From positions 186,001-250,000 of the forward strand of contig JAXLNO010001453.1 of assembly GCA_038087875.1 (NCBI GenBank): a stretch of DNA of 64,000 nucleotides, in the 5' to 3' direction. Shown one piece after another: positions 10,491 through 22,772 of the stretch; the stretch's first letter is position 1, and the number at the start of each line of letters is the position of its first letter. The DNA is from Malacoraja senta (taxonomy: Eukaryota). Both the position numbers and the translations under genes were made by a program. Under the pieces are notes generated by a model. That model was not told where the DNA came from. It did no database searches and saw only the letters and a program-made list of their open reading frames with translations.

Positions 10491-12710
10491 ATTATCTTCG
10501 AAATTCCAACTATCAAGGGGAAATAGACAATGATGCTCATTATCACCACAACTGTTTGCTCTCATTATTGAACCGCTAGCAGAAAAAATTAGAATACACC
10601 CTAATATCCATGGATATAATACTAAAGATTCATATAATAAAATATCTTTATACGCGGATGATATATTACTGTACATTACAAAACCTCAAATCACTATACC
10701 AAATATATTAAATTTAATTGAAGATTTTGGATCTTTTTCTGGATATAGAATAAATTGGAATAAAAGTGAAATTATGTCAATAAAACCGAAAGATTCAACA
10801 CATTTTTTAAAATTCCCTTTTAAAATAGCTACAGAAAAATTTAATTATTTGGGAATCGAAATTACCAGATCATATCAAGGTATGTTTAGGGCAAATTTTG
10901 ACCCCTTACTTAATAAATTAAACACACTAATTAAATTCTGGAAAACGCTCCCGATGTCTTTAATAGGCCGAATAAACGCAATAAAAATGATCTTTTTACC
11001 ACAAATTTTATACATATTTCAATCAATTCCTATATACTTACCAAAGAAGTTTTTAAAAAAACTCGACTCAGATATCACTAATTTTATATGGGACTATAAG
11101 TCACATAGAATACAAAAAACTCATCTGAATAAACCTAAAGTATTAGGGGGTTTAGCACTACCTAATTTTATGTATTATTATTGGTCAGTAAATATTAAAA
11201 ATATGATTCAACTGATGGATAACTCCGCCCAGCAAGCGGACTGGATTGTAATGGAGAAAGAGGATTGCTCCTCTAGAAACATTGGAGCGATCCTCCTCTC
11301 TCCAATGAAATTGAATAACATAAATTACAATAAGAACCCAATTATTCATAGTACAATCCGAATTTGGAAACAAATAAAACAAAATTTAAAATTAAGAAAT
11401 TTATCACTTTTATTACCTATAGTCAATAACCCTTCGTTTAATCCTTCTATTATAGATAAAGCATACACAATGGGATAGATTAGGAATTAAAACGCTTGGT
11501 GACTTGTATGAAACTGGAAAATTACTTTCATTTCAACAATTACAAATAAAATATAAACTCGGAAATAATCAATATTTTAAATACTTTCAAATATGCGACT
11601 ATTTGAAAAAATATACAAAAGATCATCATAATAACCCAGCAGATGTACTGGACGAGGCAATGCAGATAAAAGCGGAATCAGCAAACTTAATATAATATTT
11701 GTATAATATTATCTTAAATACACAAATACAATCTACGGAGGGTATCAGAAGAGACTGGGAACAAGAGTTAGCTATTAAAATTTCAAAGGAAAGTTGGAAT
11801 GAATACTTATTAAACGTGCATAAATGCTCGATTAATGTAAGACACACTTTAATACAATTTAAAATTTTACATAGATTATATTATTCGAAAACTAAAATTC
11901 ATAAAATTTTCCCAAATGTATCACTATTTGTGATAAATGTCAATCCCAAGAAGCTACCATAACGCACTCATTCGTTTCTTGTACAAAAATTCAAAAATTT
12001 TGGAATGACATTTTTAAAATCTTTACAAAGTTATTTAAAACAAGACTGATACCCAAAGCAGAATGGATTATCTTCGGAATAACGGAAGATGGTCCAGATC
12101 TAAATGTGTTTCAAAAGAAACTAATGGACTATGGGTTAATAACTGGAAAAAAGCGAATTCTAAAATTTTGGAAGAAGGCTCCAATACCAACTATAAATAT
12201 GTGGATTTCAAATATGTTTGAAACATTACACCTAGAAGAGATAAGACTCCTCCTAGCAGGTAAACCAGATCACTTCCACCTGACGTGGTCTGCATTTATA
12301 GAATTATTACAAACATAGGGTGCAAAAGTACTTTAAAAAAAAATTGAGGTCAGGTAAGGGGGGATGATAGTTGAAGAGCTGGTATGTCCCATTTACGTAA
12401 TGCTCATAAAAATATTTGTTTTTCTCTTTTTCCTCTTTCTCTCTTTCTTTCTTTCCTAGGGTCTATTTCTTAACTCTTTTTCTTTTGTTTTTAATTTTGC
12501 TCTTATAGGGTCTTCGTCCTTTTTTGTTGTCACATTTCCTACACTTTCACTTTTTCCTTCACTTTCTTCTTTCTTTCAATCTTTTCCTTTTCTAGTGTAA
12601 AAAATAAATGGAGTACATTAATTGTAAGAAGATATAAATGACAAGTACTAATGTATGTGGTTGTAATGTAATGTACTTCTAATAAAATACAAATTAAAAA
12701 AAAAAAAAAA
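10491..12710 (+). mobile_element. 5'-truncated L1-clade LINE with poly(A) tail and 18-19 bp TSD
   Basis: GAAAGTCGTGTATCCAAT at 10473-10490 and 12711-12728; single copy at the paralogous site 35253-35270. RT motifs RGNRQ*CSLSPQLFALIIEPLA and SLYADD; C-terminal Cys-rich region; AATAAA at 12681 then an A-run. Frameshifted. Confidence 0.95.
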
Positions 12711-13137
12711 GAAAGTCGTGTATCCAATCGCAAGCTGGAGTGCTGATCGCTAGGCTCGGGAGTTTATCAATGTGTTTGGAAGGGAGTAGTGTAGAAGGCA
12801 AGTGCTCCAGCGGAGAATTGGGAATCTAACGTTCGACTCCTTCCTGCCTGGCTGTTGGAGAGACGGGTTTAGGTCCAGGACGATGGCGTCTGATGCGGAA
12901 CTGCTGCTGCAATATGCAGTCTGTGGTTCATCAAAGGCGGCTGGGGTGGGCTCACGCTACCTGCGTATACCGCTGATAGCTAATGCGCACATCTCCTTAG
13001 CACGCACTGAGGGATTGCAAGTAGAGCAGTCGTTCTCGACCAAATAAACAAAGCGTACCAAAAATTTACCCCCACCCCAAATTACCATCGCGTTTCCCTT
13101 TCATGTAACGACAGTTTCCTCTTCTCTACTCCCCCCG

Positions 13138-14050
13138 TGAACTTGTTGGCGATTGTGATACTGTCCCGCAGAAATTGTGGTCTCTCAAAATGCACCACTC
13201 GTTACCTGGTGGCCATGGCGGCGGTGGACCTCTCAGTGATTGTCTGCGAAGTGATATTACATCGGATTGCCGACGTTTGCTGGTGGCGCACATTCCTCTT
13301 CCACAATACTGTGTGCAGGTGCATTATGTTCCTCGCTCCCGCCGCCGTTGCCTGTTCGGTTTGGCTCAGGGTCGCTTTCACATTTGATCGCTTTGTGGCC
13401 ATTTCCACTCAGAATCTGAGAACCAGATACTGCACCGAAAGAACCGCGCTGGTGGTTATAGTGACCCTAACTGCGTCCTTTGTTTACAGAACGCTCCCTG
13501 GCCATTTACGTACACTTATTATCGCAGGGATCAGCAGGGTATACTGTGGGGTTGCCAAATACCATATCACTTTTATGTTCTGCCATCGTGGATAGCATTT
13601 TCCTGGACTCAACAGCTGCTAATGCCAGTCATTCCATTTTGTTTGATTATGCTTATGAACATGCTTACTGTCAGACGCATTTTAGTGGCCAGTCGTGTCC
13701 GCAGAAAACTCCGCGATCTCAGTAGCGAGGACCCCAAAATCGCAAACCGCAGACGGTCCGTAATTTTACTTGTAGCAATTTCCAGCAGCTTTATGCTGCT
13801 CTGGGGCACAACTGTAGCATATTTCGTTTTCTATCGATGTACGAACGGATTTTGGTTCAGAGGGTTGAAGAACCCATTTGCAACATTTGAACAAACTGGA
13901 ATTTTGCTACAACTGTTGAACACCTGCACAAACACGCTCATTTACAACGTGACCCAGAGGAGGTTCAGAGAGCAGCTGCTCCAGGTACTCAAATGCCCCT
14001 TCACCCTAACTGTAAGTTTAATAAAATCGAGAAAACCTGGTGTAAAATAA
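13138..14050 (+). pseudogene. GPR139/GPR142-like class A GPCR, copy 1 (exon 2 only; pseudogene)
   Basis: Homologous to 57581-58494. Acceptor AG has become CG at 13136-13137, there is a 1-nt frameshift at about 13476-13482, and exon 1 is absent upstream. Confidence 0.9.
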
Positions 14051-15073
14051 CATTACAATAATAATCCCTTCGTGAGTGAGTGCAAAAACTATGTAATGAA
14101 GGAGTTTTCTTTGAAACCTTTCCGCATCAATTTTCAAAAAAATAGCTGAGAAGTACAATCTGAACGCGTTCCCTGCACTGGAATGCATATTTGGCCATCT
14201 ATTTAACATGCGACATGGGCGCGTTGTTCAAAGTGTCCAGTGGGGTGGGCGGCCATGTGGTATGTTGTACTGGAGCAGACCTCCAATGTTTCCGGAATTG
14301 AGCCTCGCCGTTAACTCTTTCCACCTTCCTTTGAATCCAGCGGCAAAGTCTCCAGCACGCAATGAAAACAGACATAGAGTTATGGACATAAACATTTCAT
14401 GCTCCATTACTCTAGTCTTCTTTCAGACGTTCCATGGTTACGTGTGTAAGTGCCCAGTGCACAAATGTGTTTAATAAAATTCTTGCTGCAACATTTACGT
14501 TAATGAGAGTTCGATTTTATTTTTGCTTCTCGCACTCAATGTAATGCCTCATTGCACCTTGCAGAGGCTTTCGGTTTTCATCACAATTATTAACTCTGGA
14601 CTAGATGCAGCCAAAGGTTGTGGGTGCTATTCATACAAGTTGGCATTACTAATTATATTTTAATGGAAGCAGAGTGTAACAAGCGAGTGTCCAGTAGAGG
14701 GCGGTAAAGTGAGTAGGTTCACCTGTGTGGTAAAGATATTCTGAATCGATTTTCATTAATATCCCACCTCCATTGATGCAGCGCCGACGCTGGAGCTCTG
14801 CCGAGGCGAAGTAGCTAAATTCGGCGTACCAGTACATATCTGTTTTGAGCGGTTGCATCATTTGCATCATTTATCGCTCTCATTGTACGCATCACGGAGA
14901 TGAAGAAGCGCAAAGGATTGCTTCTCCGTCTTGAGAGCATTTCTTGTCGGGTAGGCGACGTATCGGCTGTTTAGTGACCTGCAGCGAAAAAATGGAGACT
15001 GATGAACTAACATTTTATCGACATATAAACTGATAACAAAAGTATTTTTGGGACAAAATTAGTTTTCCTTCAG

Positions 15074-15295
15074 TTGTTTGTGCCAGTTTTGATATCCATT
15101 GGGATCAGTGTCCATTTGTCACGTGGCGCCACCTTCCACAGCAATCTTTTCTGAATCTGATTTACCATAAAACCGTCCATCCGTAGAATCCAGCCGGCAC
15201 GCCTCCAAATGAATGGCAATAGCTCTACTATTTCGGTCCTCGATTCTTCCCCATCATCACACTGTTCTTCTCTGAACCCATCTCTGATTGCTCAT
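15074..15295 (+). other. Exon-like segment a (222 nt; ttttccttcag| ... |gtaagt)
   Basis: Canonical acceptor and donor at its ends; visibly homologous to 15706-15930. No recognisable protein; plus-strand frames contain stops. Confidence 0.4.
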
Positions 15296-15705
15296 GTAAG
15301 TACTCATTGATATAATGAGATTACAATGTACATTAAAGATTCACTCTTCACCAGTTGCATCCAACGGTAGCGGATGGTGTTTACTCAAGCAAGGGAATCT
15401 AATAATATTTTAAGGAAGCAGAGTCTAGTAGTCGGGGCGGTAAAGGGCGAAGGTTCGCTTTTCTGATTGGTCATAGTTACAAATTGGTCTGGCATGTATC
15501 TTCCAAGCCACTACCACAGCGCAGACGCTGCAGTTCTGCAGAGGCTAAGAGAGTAGAATAAAAACAAGAGGAATACGCTCGAAAGGAAGCTTCTCAGAAT
15601 CGAGTGCACCCCAGGTAGGACTCCGCAGTTGGGCAGACATTGAGAAAAATGGAGAAGGCTTCCAATTAAAATGTAACTGATTACGAAGAATAAGGGATCT
15701 TTCAG

Positions 15706-15930
15706 CTGTTTGTGCCAGCTAAGATATTCACGAGGATCAGGGTTGATTGGTGACTTTTGTCTTGGCGGCAACTTCTGCACAAATGTTTCCATAACATAAT
15801 TTACATTCCTTCATACTTTGAATGCAAGAGCAAGCCTTCAGCTCTCAATGGCAATAGGTCCACAATTCCGTTCCTCAACCGTTCCATGCCCATCACACTT
15901 TTCTTTTTGTGGCCATCTATGATTTTCTAT
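15706..15930 (+). other. Exon-like segment b (225 nt; ctttcag| ... |gtaagt)
   Basis: Diverged paralog of segment a with splice signals at equivalent positions; copy at 60982-61206. Confidence 0.4.
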
Positions 15931-16026
15931 GTAAGTGCCCAGACCACAATTCTTGATAACCTTCTTGGAGACTGCTTCTCCCACATTCGTGCAATAATAT
16001 GTCTATACACACACATATATTCCATT

Positions 16027-16332
16027 TGGAGATACAGCGCGGAAACAGGCTCCTCGGCACAGCGAGTCCGCGTTGATCAGCGATTCCCGCACACTAACAC
16101 CATCCTACACATTGCGGATAATTTAACATTTTTACCGAAACCAATTAACCTACAAACCGATACGTCTTTGGAGTATTCGAGGAAACCGGAGCACCGGATA
16201 AAAGCCTACGGGGAGAACGGACAACGGGTCACGCGGATAACGGACAAACTCCGTGCAGGCAACTACAGTGGTCAGGATCAAATCCGGATCTCTGACGGTT
16301 TAGGACAGCATCACTGCCTCTGCGGCACCCCT
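16027..16332 (-). mobile_element. tRNA-derived SINE (V-SINE/HE1-like), degenerate
   Basis: Reverse-complement similarity to the SINE at 19346-19640 and a CR1-like 3' portion. Paralog at about 61302-61608. Confidence 0.75.
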
Positions 16333-17223
16333 GCGGGTTTGATAGTAAACAATGTTATGGAAAGATTTTTGCGGAAGGTGATGCCAAGTGACAAGTCATA
16401 AATCAACCCTGATGATACATAGTAATATATATAGTAATATATATAAACATAAATATTTTAAAAATATGGTAATACATATAAAAATAATTGTTATAATAAT
16501 ATATACAAATATAATAATATATACAAATAATATTAGGGAATACTATTTATTGTCATACAAAACAGACATGGTTCGTACGAAATGTATAATTGTATATATT
16601 ATTATAATATTTATTTTAATATATTTATATATATATTTAAATGGATGGATGGAGATATTAACAGAGGACATCGCATCAGGCGTTAAACAGATTAAATGCT
16701 TTTGGCGGAATGTCACAATTCTAGAATCGTTTTGGCATTACGAGAACGCACAGAAGGAAGAGCAGTTCTCAGCAAAGTGTGTGGAGGCTTCTCTGAACTG
16801 CTGACAAGAGTTCACTTCAAATACTTCCAGCTGACTCACTAGATGTTTTTCTCACACAGAAGACGGAATGTTGCTCGAAAGCAAATATCTATATTGCTCT
16901 CTGGGTATTACTTCCCCGATTTAATCAAATCCCTGCTAGGTTTTGTTTGCAATTGCAAAACAACACACTTCCCACATTATTCCGTGGCCCATGGACCGAC
17001 CCTTTACCCAACCGTCCATTTACTGTTCTCTCTTGAGTCCTCCCTTCATCTTTGCAATCTCTGAGTATCGGACATAACGCGGTTCCTAGAATGTACGCTC
17101 TATTCGCTAACAAAATCAACCAAATACTTAATTTTAAACAAACAAATCACATGAGATGAGCGTTAGTGGGAATAGTACGTTATCAGCAATGGTCTCTCCA
17201 ACGTGCATCACTTTCCAATGAGG

Positions 17224-17870
17224 ACAATAGAAACATAGAAACATAGAAAATAGAAGCAGGAGGAGGCCGTTGGGCCCTTCGAGCCAGCATCGCCATTCAC
17301 TGTGATCATGGCTGATCGTCCGCAATCAATAACCCGTGCCTGCCTTCTCCCCATATCCCTTGATTCCACTAGCCCCTAGAGCTGTATCTAACTCACTCTT
17401 AAATCCATCCAGTGACTTGGCCTCCACTACCCTCTGTGGTAGGAAATTCCACAAATTCACAACTCTCTGGGTGAAAACGTTTTTCTCACCTCAGTCTTAA
17501 ATGGCTTCCCCCTTTATTCTAAGACAGTGGCCCTTGCTTCTGGACTCGCCCAACATTGGGGACATTTTTCCTGCATCTAGCTTATCCAGTCCTATTATGA
17601 TTTTATATGTTTCTATAAGCCCCCCCCCGCCTCATGCGTATAAACTCCAGTGAATACAAGCCTAGTCTTTTCAATCTTTCCTCATATGACAGTCCCTCCA
17701 TCGCAGGGATCAATCTCGTGAACCTACGCTGCACTGCCTCAATCAGAAGGATGTCCTTCCTCAAATTAGGAGACCAAAACTGTACACAATACTCCAGATG
17801 TGGTCTCACCAGAACCCTATACGACTGCAGAAGAAACTCTTTACTCCCAGACTGAAATCCTCTTGTTATG
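17224..17870 (-). mobile_element. CR1 3' fragment with (GAAACATA) tail
   Basis: LVRPHLEYCVQFWSPNLRKD in ORF 17603-17914; tail at 17224-17250. Paralog at 62404-63790. Confidence 0.9.
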
Positions 17871-18230
17871 AAGGCCAACATTCCATTATCTTTCTTGTAA
17901 TTGTAAACCAGCATTTTCGGTTCCTTGTTGCTGCAGATGCAACAGCTGATTTTACACCTGCTCTATTTCCACAATTCATGCCAGTTGAAATCTATGGGGA
18001 ACCATACGAAGTTGGGGGGCGATGAACGGGCGAGGAGAACGTCCATACATTTAATATTTCAGGTAAAGGATTTAGTGTAGTTGATGTTCGGAGAATGGTT
18101 TCACAGTGGAGAGAAACCAGGGAGGGATTGGGATGAGGTGTGGCGGGTGGGAGTTACATGGAAACAGCCCCGTCGAGTCAACACCGCCACCGATTACCCG
18201 TCCACAACCATTTCCATGTTATCTCAGTTT

Positions 18231-18435
18231 CGCACGACTCTCCCCATACGAGGGGGAATTTTCAGAGGGCTGATCAACCTACAAACCCGCATGCCTTTAG
18301 GACGTGGGCTCAAACCGGGACTCCCGGAGTTAACACACGCGTTCTCATGGAGATTGCCCAGCAGCACCCGAGTTCAGGATCACACACGTCTATCTGGAGC
18401 TGTCAGGTAGCAGCTCTACCAGCCGCGCCACTGTG
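18231..18435 (-). mobile_element. tRNA-derived SINE, degenerate
   Basis: The minus strand begins cacagtggcgcggctggtagagctgctacctgacagctccaga, an A-box-like head of the same family as 19346. Confidence 0.7.
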
Positions 18436-19345
18436 TATTCCGCTAATAGTGGGCGATTTCCTTCGGCTGCTCCAGTGTCTTTCCACGAAGGATGGCGAGA
18501 ATCTATCTGCCATTGCCGCGTGGAAAGTAGTATCATCGGTTGGAGTTGATTGGCAGATGAAATTGAGAGATTTGCAATAGTAAGTAACAAGAATGAGATT
18601 CGAGGGATTGCTCAGAGCCGGCTTTAATTCCTCCTGCAGGGCAAGGAAAAGATGTGAAATCCCCTAAATTTATTTTCTCCGCCGATGTCGCCTGAGATTT
18701 GTATAGCTTCAAATTTGAGTTGGGTACTCTCTCACCAAATCCTCTTCGCTCCAGACTCTAGTATCCCGATTACACCATACGGCAAACACATCCTGTCATT
18801 TGGGTCTTGGGTCCTGATATTTAGTTGACAGCGATGTACATGTTGTTCAATTTGAGGAATTCGCTGGGGCTGCTGGTTTCCGCTCAAGGGTAATTTCACG
18901 GTTGTTCACAGCTCATTCTGATTTATTGGCCCCCACATCCTGCTGTACGTTCGGCTCCTCTCTCTTTCTCGCGCTCTTTCCACCTCCGTCGACCCACCCA
19001 CGGCCCCTCGGTCCAAACTGCAAACAATCTTTTTTATCTTGGATTCCAGCGGATATCACACTCTCAGAAAGGAAGCGGTAAATAAACCTCGTGGCCTTCG
19101 TTCAAGCAGTCCGATGGAACGGTCTCCCTGGACATCGACATCCCAAATGTCCCATTGGCGGACAATGGACGATAGTGATAGGCCAAAGCGCCAATCTGAC
19201 CATTTCAATGAAGGCGCTTATCTAAAATGGTCCCATATGGCTGTACTTGGCGCATGTTCTTCTAAATCTTTTCTAACCATTAATTAGCCCAAATGCATCT
19301 TAAGTGTTGTAACGTTGCCGACTACGAACACTTCCTTACACATAT

Positions 19346-19640
19346 CGGCACCGTGGCTTAGTGGTAAAGCTACAGCCTTGGAGCGCCAGAGACCCGGGTT
19401 CGATCCTGACTACGGCTACTTGTCTGTACTGAGTTTGTCCATTCTACCCGTGACCTGCGTGTGTTTTCTTCGAGATCTTCGATTTCACCCAACACGCCAA
19501 AAAAAAGTCAAGTATGTAGGTTACAGGTTAATTGGCTTGGTGTAGATGTAAACATTGTCACTATGGCAGTTTTAAGTGATCACTGGTGGGTGCGGACCCG
19601 ATTAGGCGAAGGGCCAGCATCCGCGTGGTATCTCTACATT
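19346..19640 (+). mobile_element. tRNA-derived SINE (V-SINE/HE1-like)
   Basis: Pol III A-box TGGCTTAGTGG at 19354-19364 and B-box GGTTCGATCC at 19397-19406, followed by a conserved core and a CR1-like tail. Confidence 0.85.
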
Positions 19641-20713
19641 AAATATCCACCGTGAGGGAACAAATGCGCTTCACGACGTGTTTGAATGTTTCTCCTCCCT
19701 CCTTCGGCTTATGCACTCGTTTGGAGAACCGTGCCAAATATGAAACTCTTTATCTATTCTACTCGTGATACTATAAACCATGAAAGGTCACCTCACGAAC
19801 CCGTACAGTGAAGGGATGAAGTTCTCAGATCAATCCAGTTTCGTTCTGAATGGAATCCTTCGGGTCCCGGCAACATCCCAGTAAATATTTTCTGCACGCA
19901 CTCGAAGTTAACATCATCCTTCCTGAAGTATTGACAGAACTGTATTCGAGAATGATATTCCAAGTGCAGAAAGAAGGAACTGCATAAGCTACTTTAAAAA
20001 AAGATACATAACATTATGTAGACATTATTGGGTCAAACAACATCTCCGGAGAAAATGCACACTATGTTACACATTTAATGCTACAAACCTGTAAATAAAA
20101 GTCGAACCTTACACTCCTTTCACCTCCAAAACATTATCGGGAAATCCATCGAGCAACAGGGATATTTTCACCTCTGTGGTCCTGGCGCTTTTCAGTAATC
20201 GCGACCAGATGTGAAGTCTGGTGACTTCACTTATAGCATGGATTTATATACCAAGAATGCCATTCTTCTGCCGTAACCAACAGATAATAGTTGGCTATGA
20301 TTTTGGAACTAGTCATTCTTCTTAGTGCTGGAAATGCATGTTATTTATTAATATCGTCCACCGAGCTAGCCTCAAATGTCTCTGAAATAGAGACGTTTAC
20401 CTTTTCTCCATGCTAGGTGTCCTTGTTGCCGTGATTCAGAGGCCACGTGATTTCGTGGCAATTGTAAGTGAGCCCGAATATGTTTCCAAGCATCTAGAAG
20501 CGAACCTGCTTGCTTGACATGTGGTGTTGTTAGTAGACGACTCCATCTTAGTTGAAAACGTGTATACTCCTTTCATTATAGAACTCACCATCGTCGTACA
20601 CACATGTTCGTGTCCCATAGTGTCAACCACGGCTTACATTTTCTGTACATTATCAGCTCACCGGACTATATGCGAAATTACAGGTTGAATGGTCTAAAGC
20701 AAGCACACATCTG

Positions 20714-21592
20714 TGGGCGGCGCGACTCTCGTCGGCAGCGGCCTCTGCAGTCCGTCTGTCTTTTTATTATTTTTGTCTCGTTTTTATGTAGTTTTTATTA
20801 TTTTTTTTGTCGGGGTATATGTGTGGGGGGTGGAGGGGGGGGGTGGGGGTGGGGGTGGGGGGGAGAACTTTAAAATCTTTCCCCTGCACGGGTAACCCGA
20901 CCTTTTCTTTGTCGGGTCTCCGTTGTCGTTGGGGCTGGGCAACGTGGAGCGGCCTCCACCAGGAACGACCTGGGGCTCCAGTTGCGGAGCTGCGGACTAC
21001 TCACCGTGACGGGGCTGGCCGAGTCCGGAGCGGGTGGAGCTGTGGTGGAGACAATCGCTGCTGCGACCCGACCCCCGGAGATTCGGAGGCTACAACCGCG
21101 GGTCTGGCGGACAGCAACACAGGAAGCCCGCGGGTCCCTGGGGGGATACCGCTTTTCGGGGCTTCCGCAGCGGCGACTTCTACCGCCCGAGTTGCGGGGT
21201 TGAAGAGCACCTGGAGCGGGGCTTTACATCGTCGCCCCGCGCGGCTTGGAGTGGCCGCGGTTTTTTGCGATCGCGCGCCGGCGCTCTAACACCAAGACCC
21301 GGTGCGCGACCTTGCATTAACCGGCGTGGCTTTAATGGCCGCGGGATAAACACCATCGCCCGCCGGGGGCTTTGACTTTGACTCTGACATCGGGGGGGGG
21401 GGGGGAGTGCAGTGGAGAGATACGTTTTTTTGCCTTCCATCACAACGCTGTGATGGATGTATGTGTAAATTGTGTTGTGTCTCGGGTCTTCTTCGTTTTG
21501 TAATGTATGGCTGCAGAAACGATATTTCGTTTGGACCTCAACGGGGTCCAAATGACAAATTTATCCAAATGACAAATAAAATAATAATAATA
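20714..21592 (+). mobile_element. GC-rich non-coding retroposon with (AAT)n tail and 5-bp flanking repeat
   Basis: ATCTG at 20709-20713 and 21593-21597. Ends in ccaaatgacaaataaa(ata)n. Long G-runs at 20826-20863 and 21392-21405; no RT-like ORF. Confidence 0.6.
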
Positions 21593-22097
21593 ATCTGAAG
21601 GCGAGTGGTCGAGACATAGGATGGCATGTCCATGCGCGTCGATTGGCTCTGTCTGCAAACTTTGTTAAGCGTGGGCAAAGTAAGGGTAAGGGCTTGCCTC
21701 CGTAGTTTATAACTCAATAAGCAAAGATTAGAGTTCTGCTGGAAATTAATTCAAACCACGCAGCCACTTTCTGCACGCTCTCTATCTGTTGTCCCTCAGA
21801 ACTCTGTCATACCATGCCCAGCTGTTGAGCAGAACAAACATGCGACATCTTGCTCGCATTGCGTTGTGCGTGACATCCGTTATTGGTAACAACGTTTATT
21901 TTTTAATGTTTTCATGTCCTTCAAGAGAGAATTGCAAATCTGTAGATTAATGACGCATGTGAACCAATCACACTTAGCCAGCATCACTAACTCCACCCCA
22001 CTATAACACTTATACTAAGGCCTATTCCCAGCAACGTCAGTCTGAGTAGCTAGGATGAACTGACTACACCTTGTCTTTAAATGCTGCCAAGTTACAG

Positions 22098-22772
22098 TGC
22101 TGATTATATATGTGTTTAAATCATATACTCTCAGGTGTCTGTCTACATGGTGTCAGAAGTGGCATTAATCCCAAAGAACTGAACACTGCCATTAAGCGCC
22201 CACACCATCCCACGAAGACAGTAGAGAATGTTGCGGCAAAGATCGGAACGGTCACCCTATTTTCTGTCCGAGATGCAAAGAAACGGTCATACGACAGATC
22301 CAGCAGACCACTCCAGCCTCTACTGCCGGGCCAGGTCGTCCGTCTATGAACTTCAACTGGACATTCTCGTCTGGGCTCTGTTGTACGCCCGACTGATGAG
22401 CCGCGATCGTACCTTGTGGACTGTGAGGGAGCGGTATACCGGAGAAGTCGACAACACCTGCTTGCTGTGAAGGAGCCCCGACCACCGCTTGCTGATCCCT
22501 ATGCTCCGCCGCTCCAGTTCCAGCCGCCTTTCGCAATGTCTCACGCCCGTGGCCGCATGCCTTGCACGCCCCCCTCCCACGTCCCTCGGTCTCCACTAAC
22601 CACGGGGTTACACATACAGCATGTTTCCCCTCTCGGTCACCACAAGCCTCTCCCGTGCGATTTTCACCTTCAGCCTCTCCGCCTAATCCTTCAGTGGAGG
22701 GAGGGGATGGTTGGGTCTGATGCTGACTAAAGATGTGTTTAAATTATATACTGTCTCAGGTGTCTGTCTACA
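22098..22772 (+). mobile_element. Internally deleted Gypsy remnant, duplicate copy
   Basis: LTR blocks 22098-22147 and 22721-22772; PBS 22148-22162; PPT 22696-22707. Confidence 0.85.

Larger units (their letters stand above)
1..14802 (+). repeat. Segmental duplication unit, copy 1 (paralog of 21864-37326)
   Basis: Base 1 (ttgtgcgtgacat) recurs at 21864. Colinear near-identity continues to ...ctggag(c/a)tctgcc (14802 vs 37326), apart from copy-specific insertions (2355-2456, L1 10491-12710, CR1 29673-32553). The unit may start before the window. Confidence 0.95.

Noticed and set aside
14208-14474. ORF of about 90-97 aa seen in all three units (36705-36998, 58635-58928)
   Set aside because: Lies in the probable GPCR 3' UTR, has inconsistent starts and a frame difference in copy 1, and shows no domain similarity.
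15757-16401. 214-aa ORF conserved at 61033-61677
   Set aside because: It reads through an exon-like segment, a donor site and an antisense SINE from a non-ATG start; conservation reflects recent duplication.
16388-16804. 138-aa Ile/Tyr/Asn-rich ORF
   Set aside because: Product of AT-rich low-complexity sequence; not preserved in the paralog.
18102-18140. CACAGTG/CACTGTG heptamers at 18102, 18429, 41625, 51301 and 63983 as D/J RSSs
   Set aside because: No nonamer at 12 or 22-23 nt and no FGxG J motif; most lie within SINE or CR1 sequence, and the last is cut off by the window end.
20807-21551. Overlapping GC-rich ORFs (160, 113 and 123 aa) as a gene
   Set aside because: Low-complexity translations in several frames at once, within a TSD-flanked repeat.
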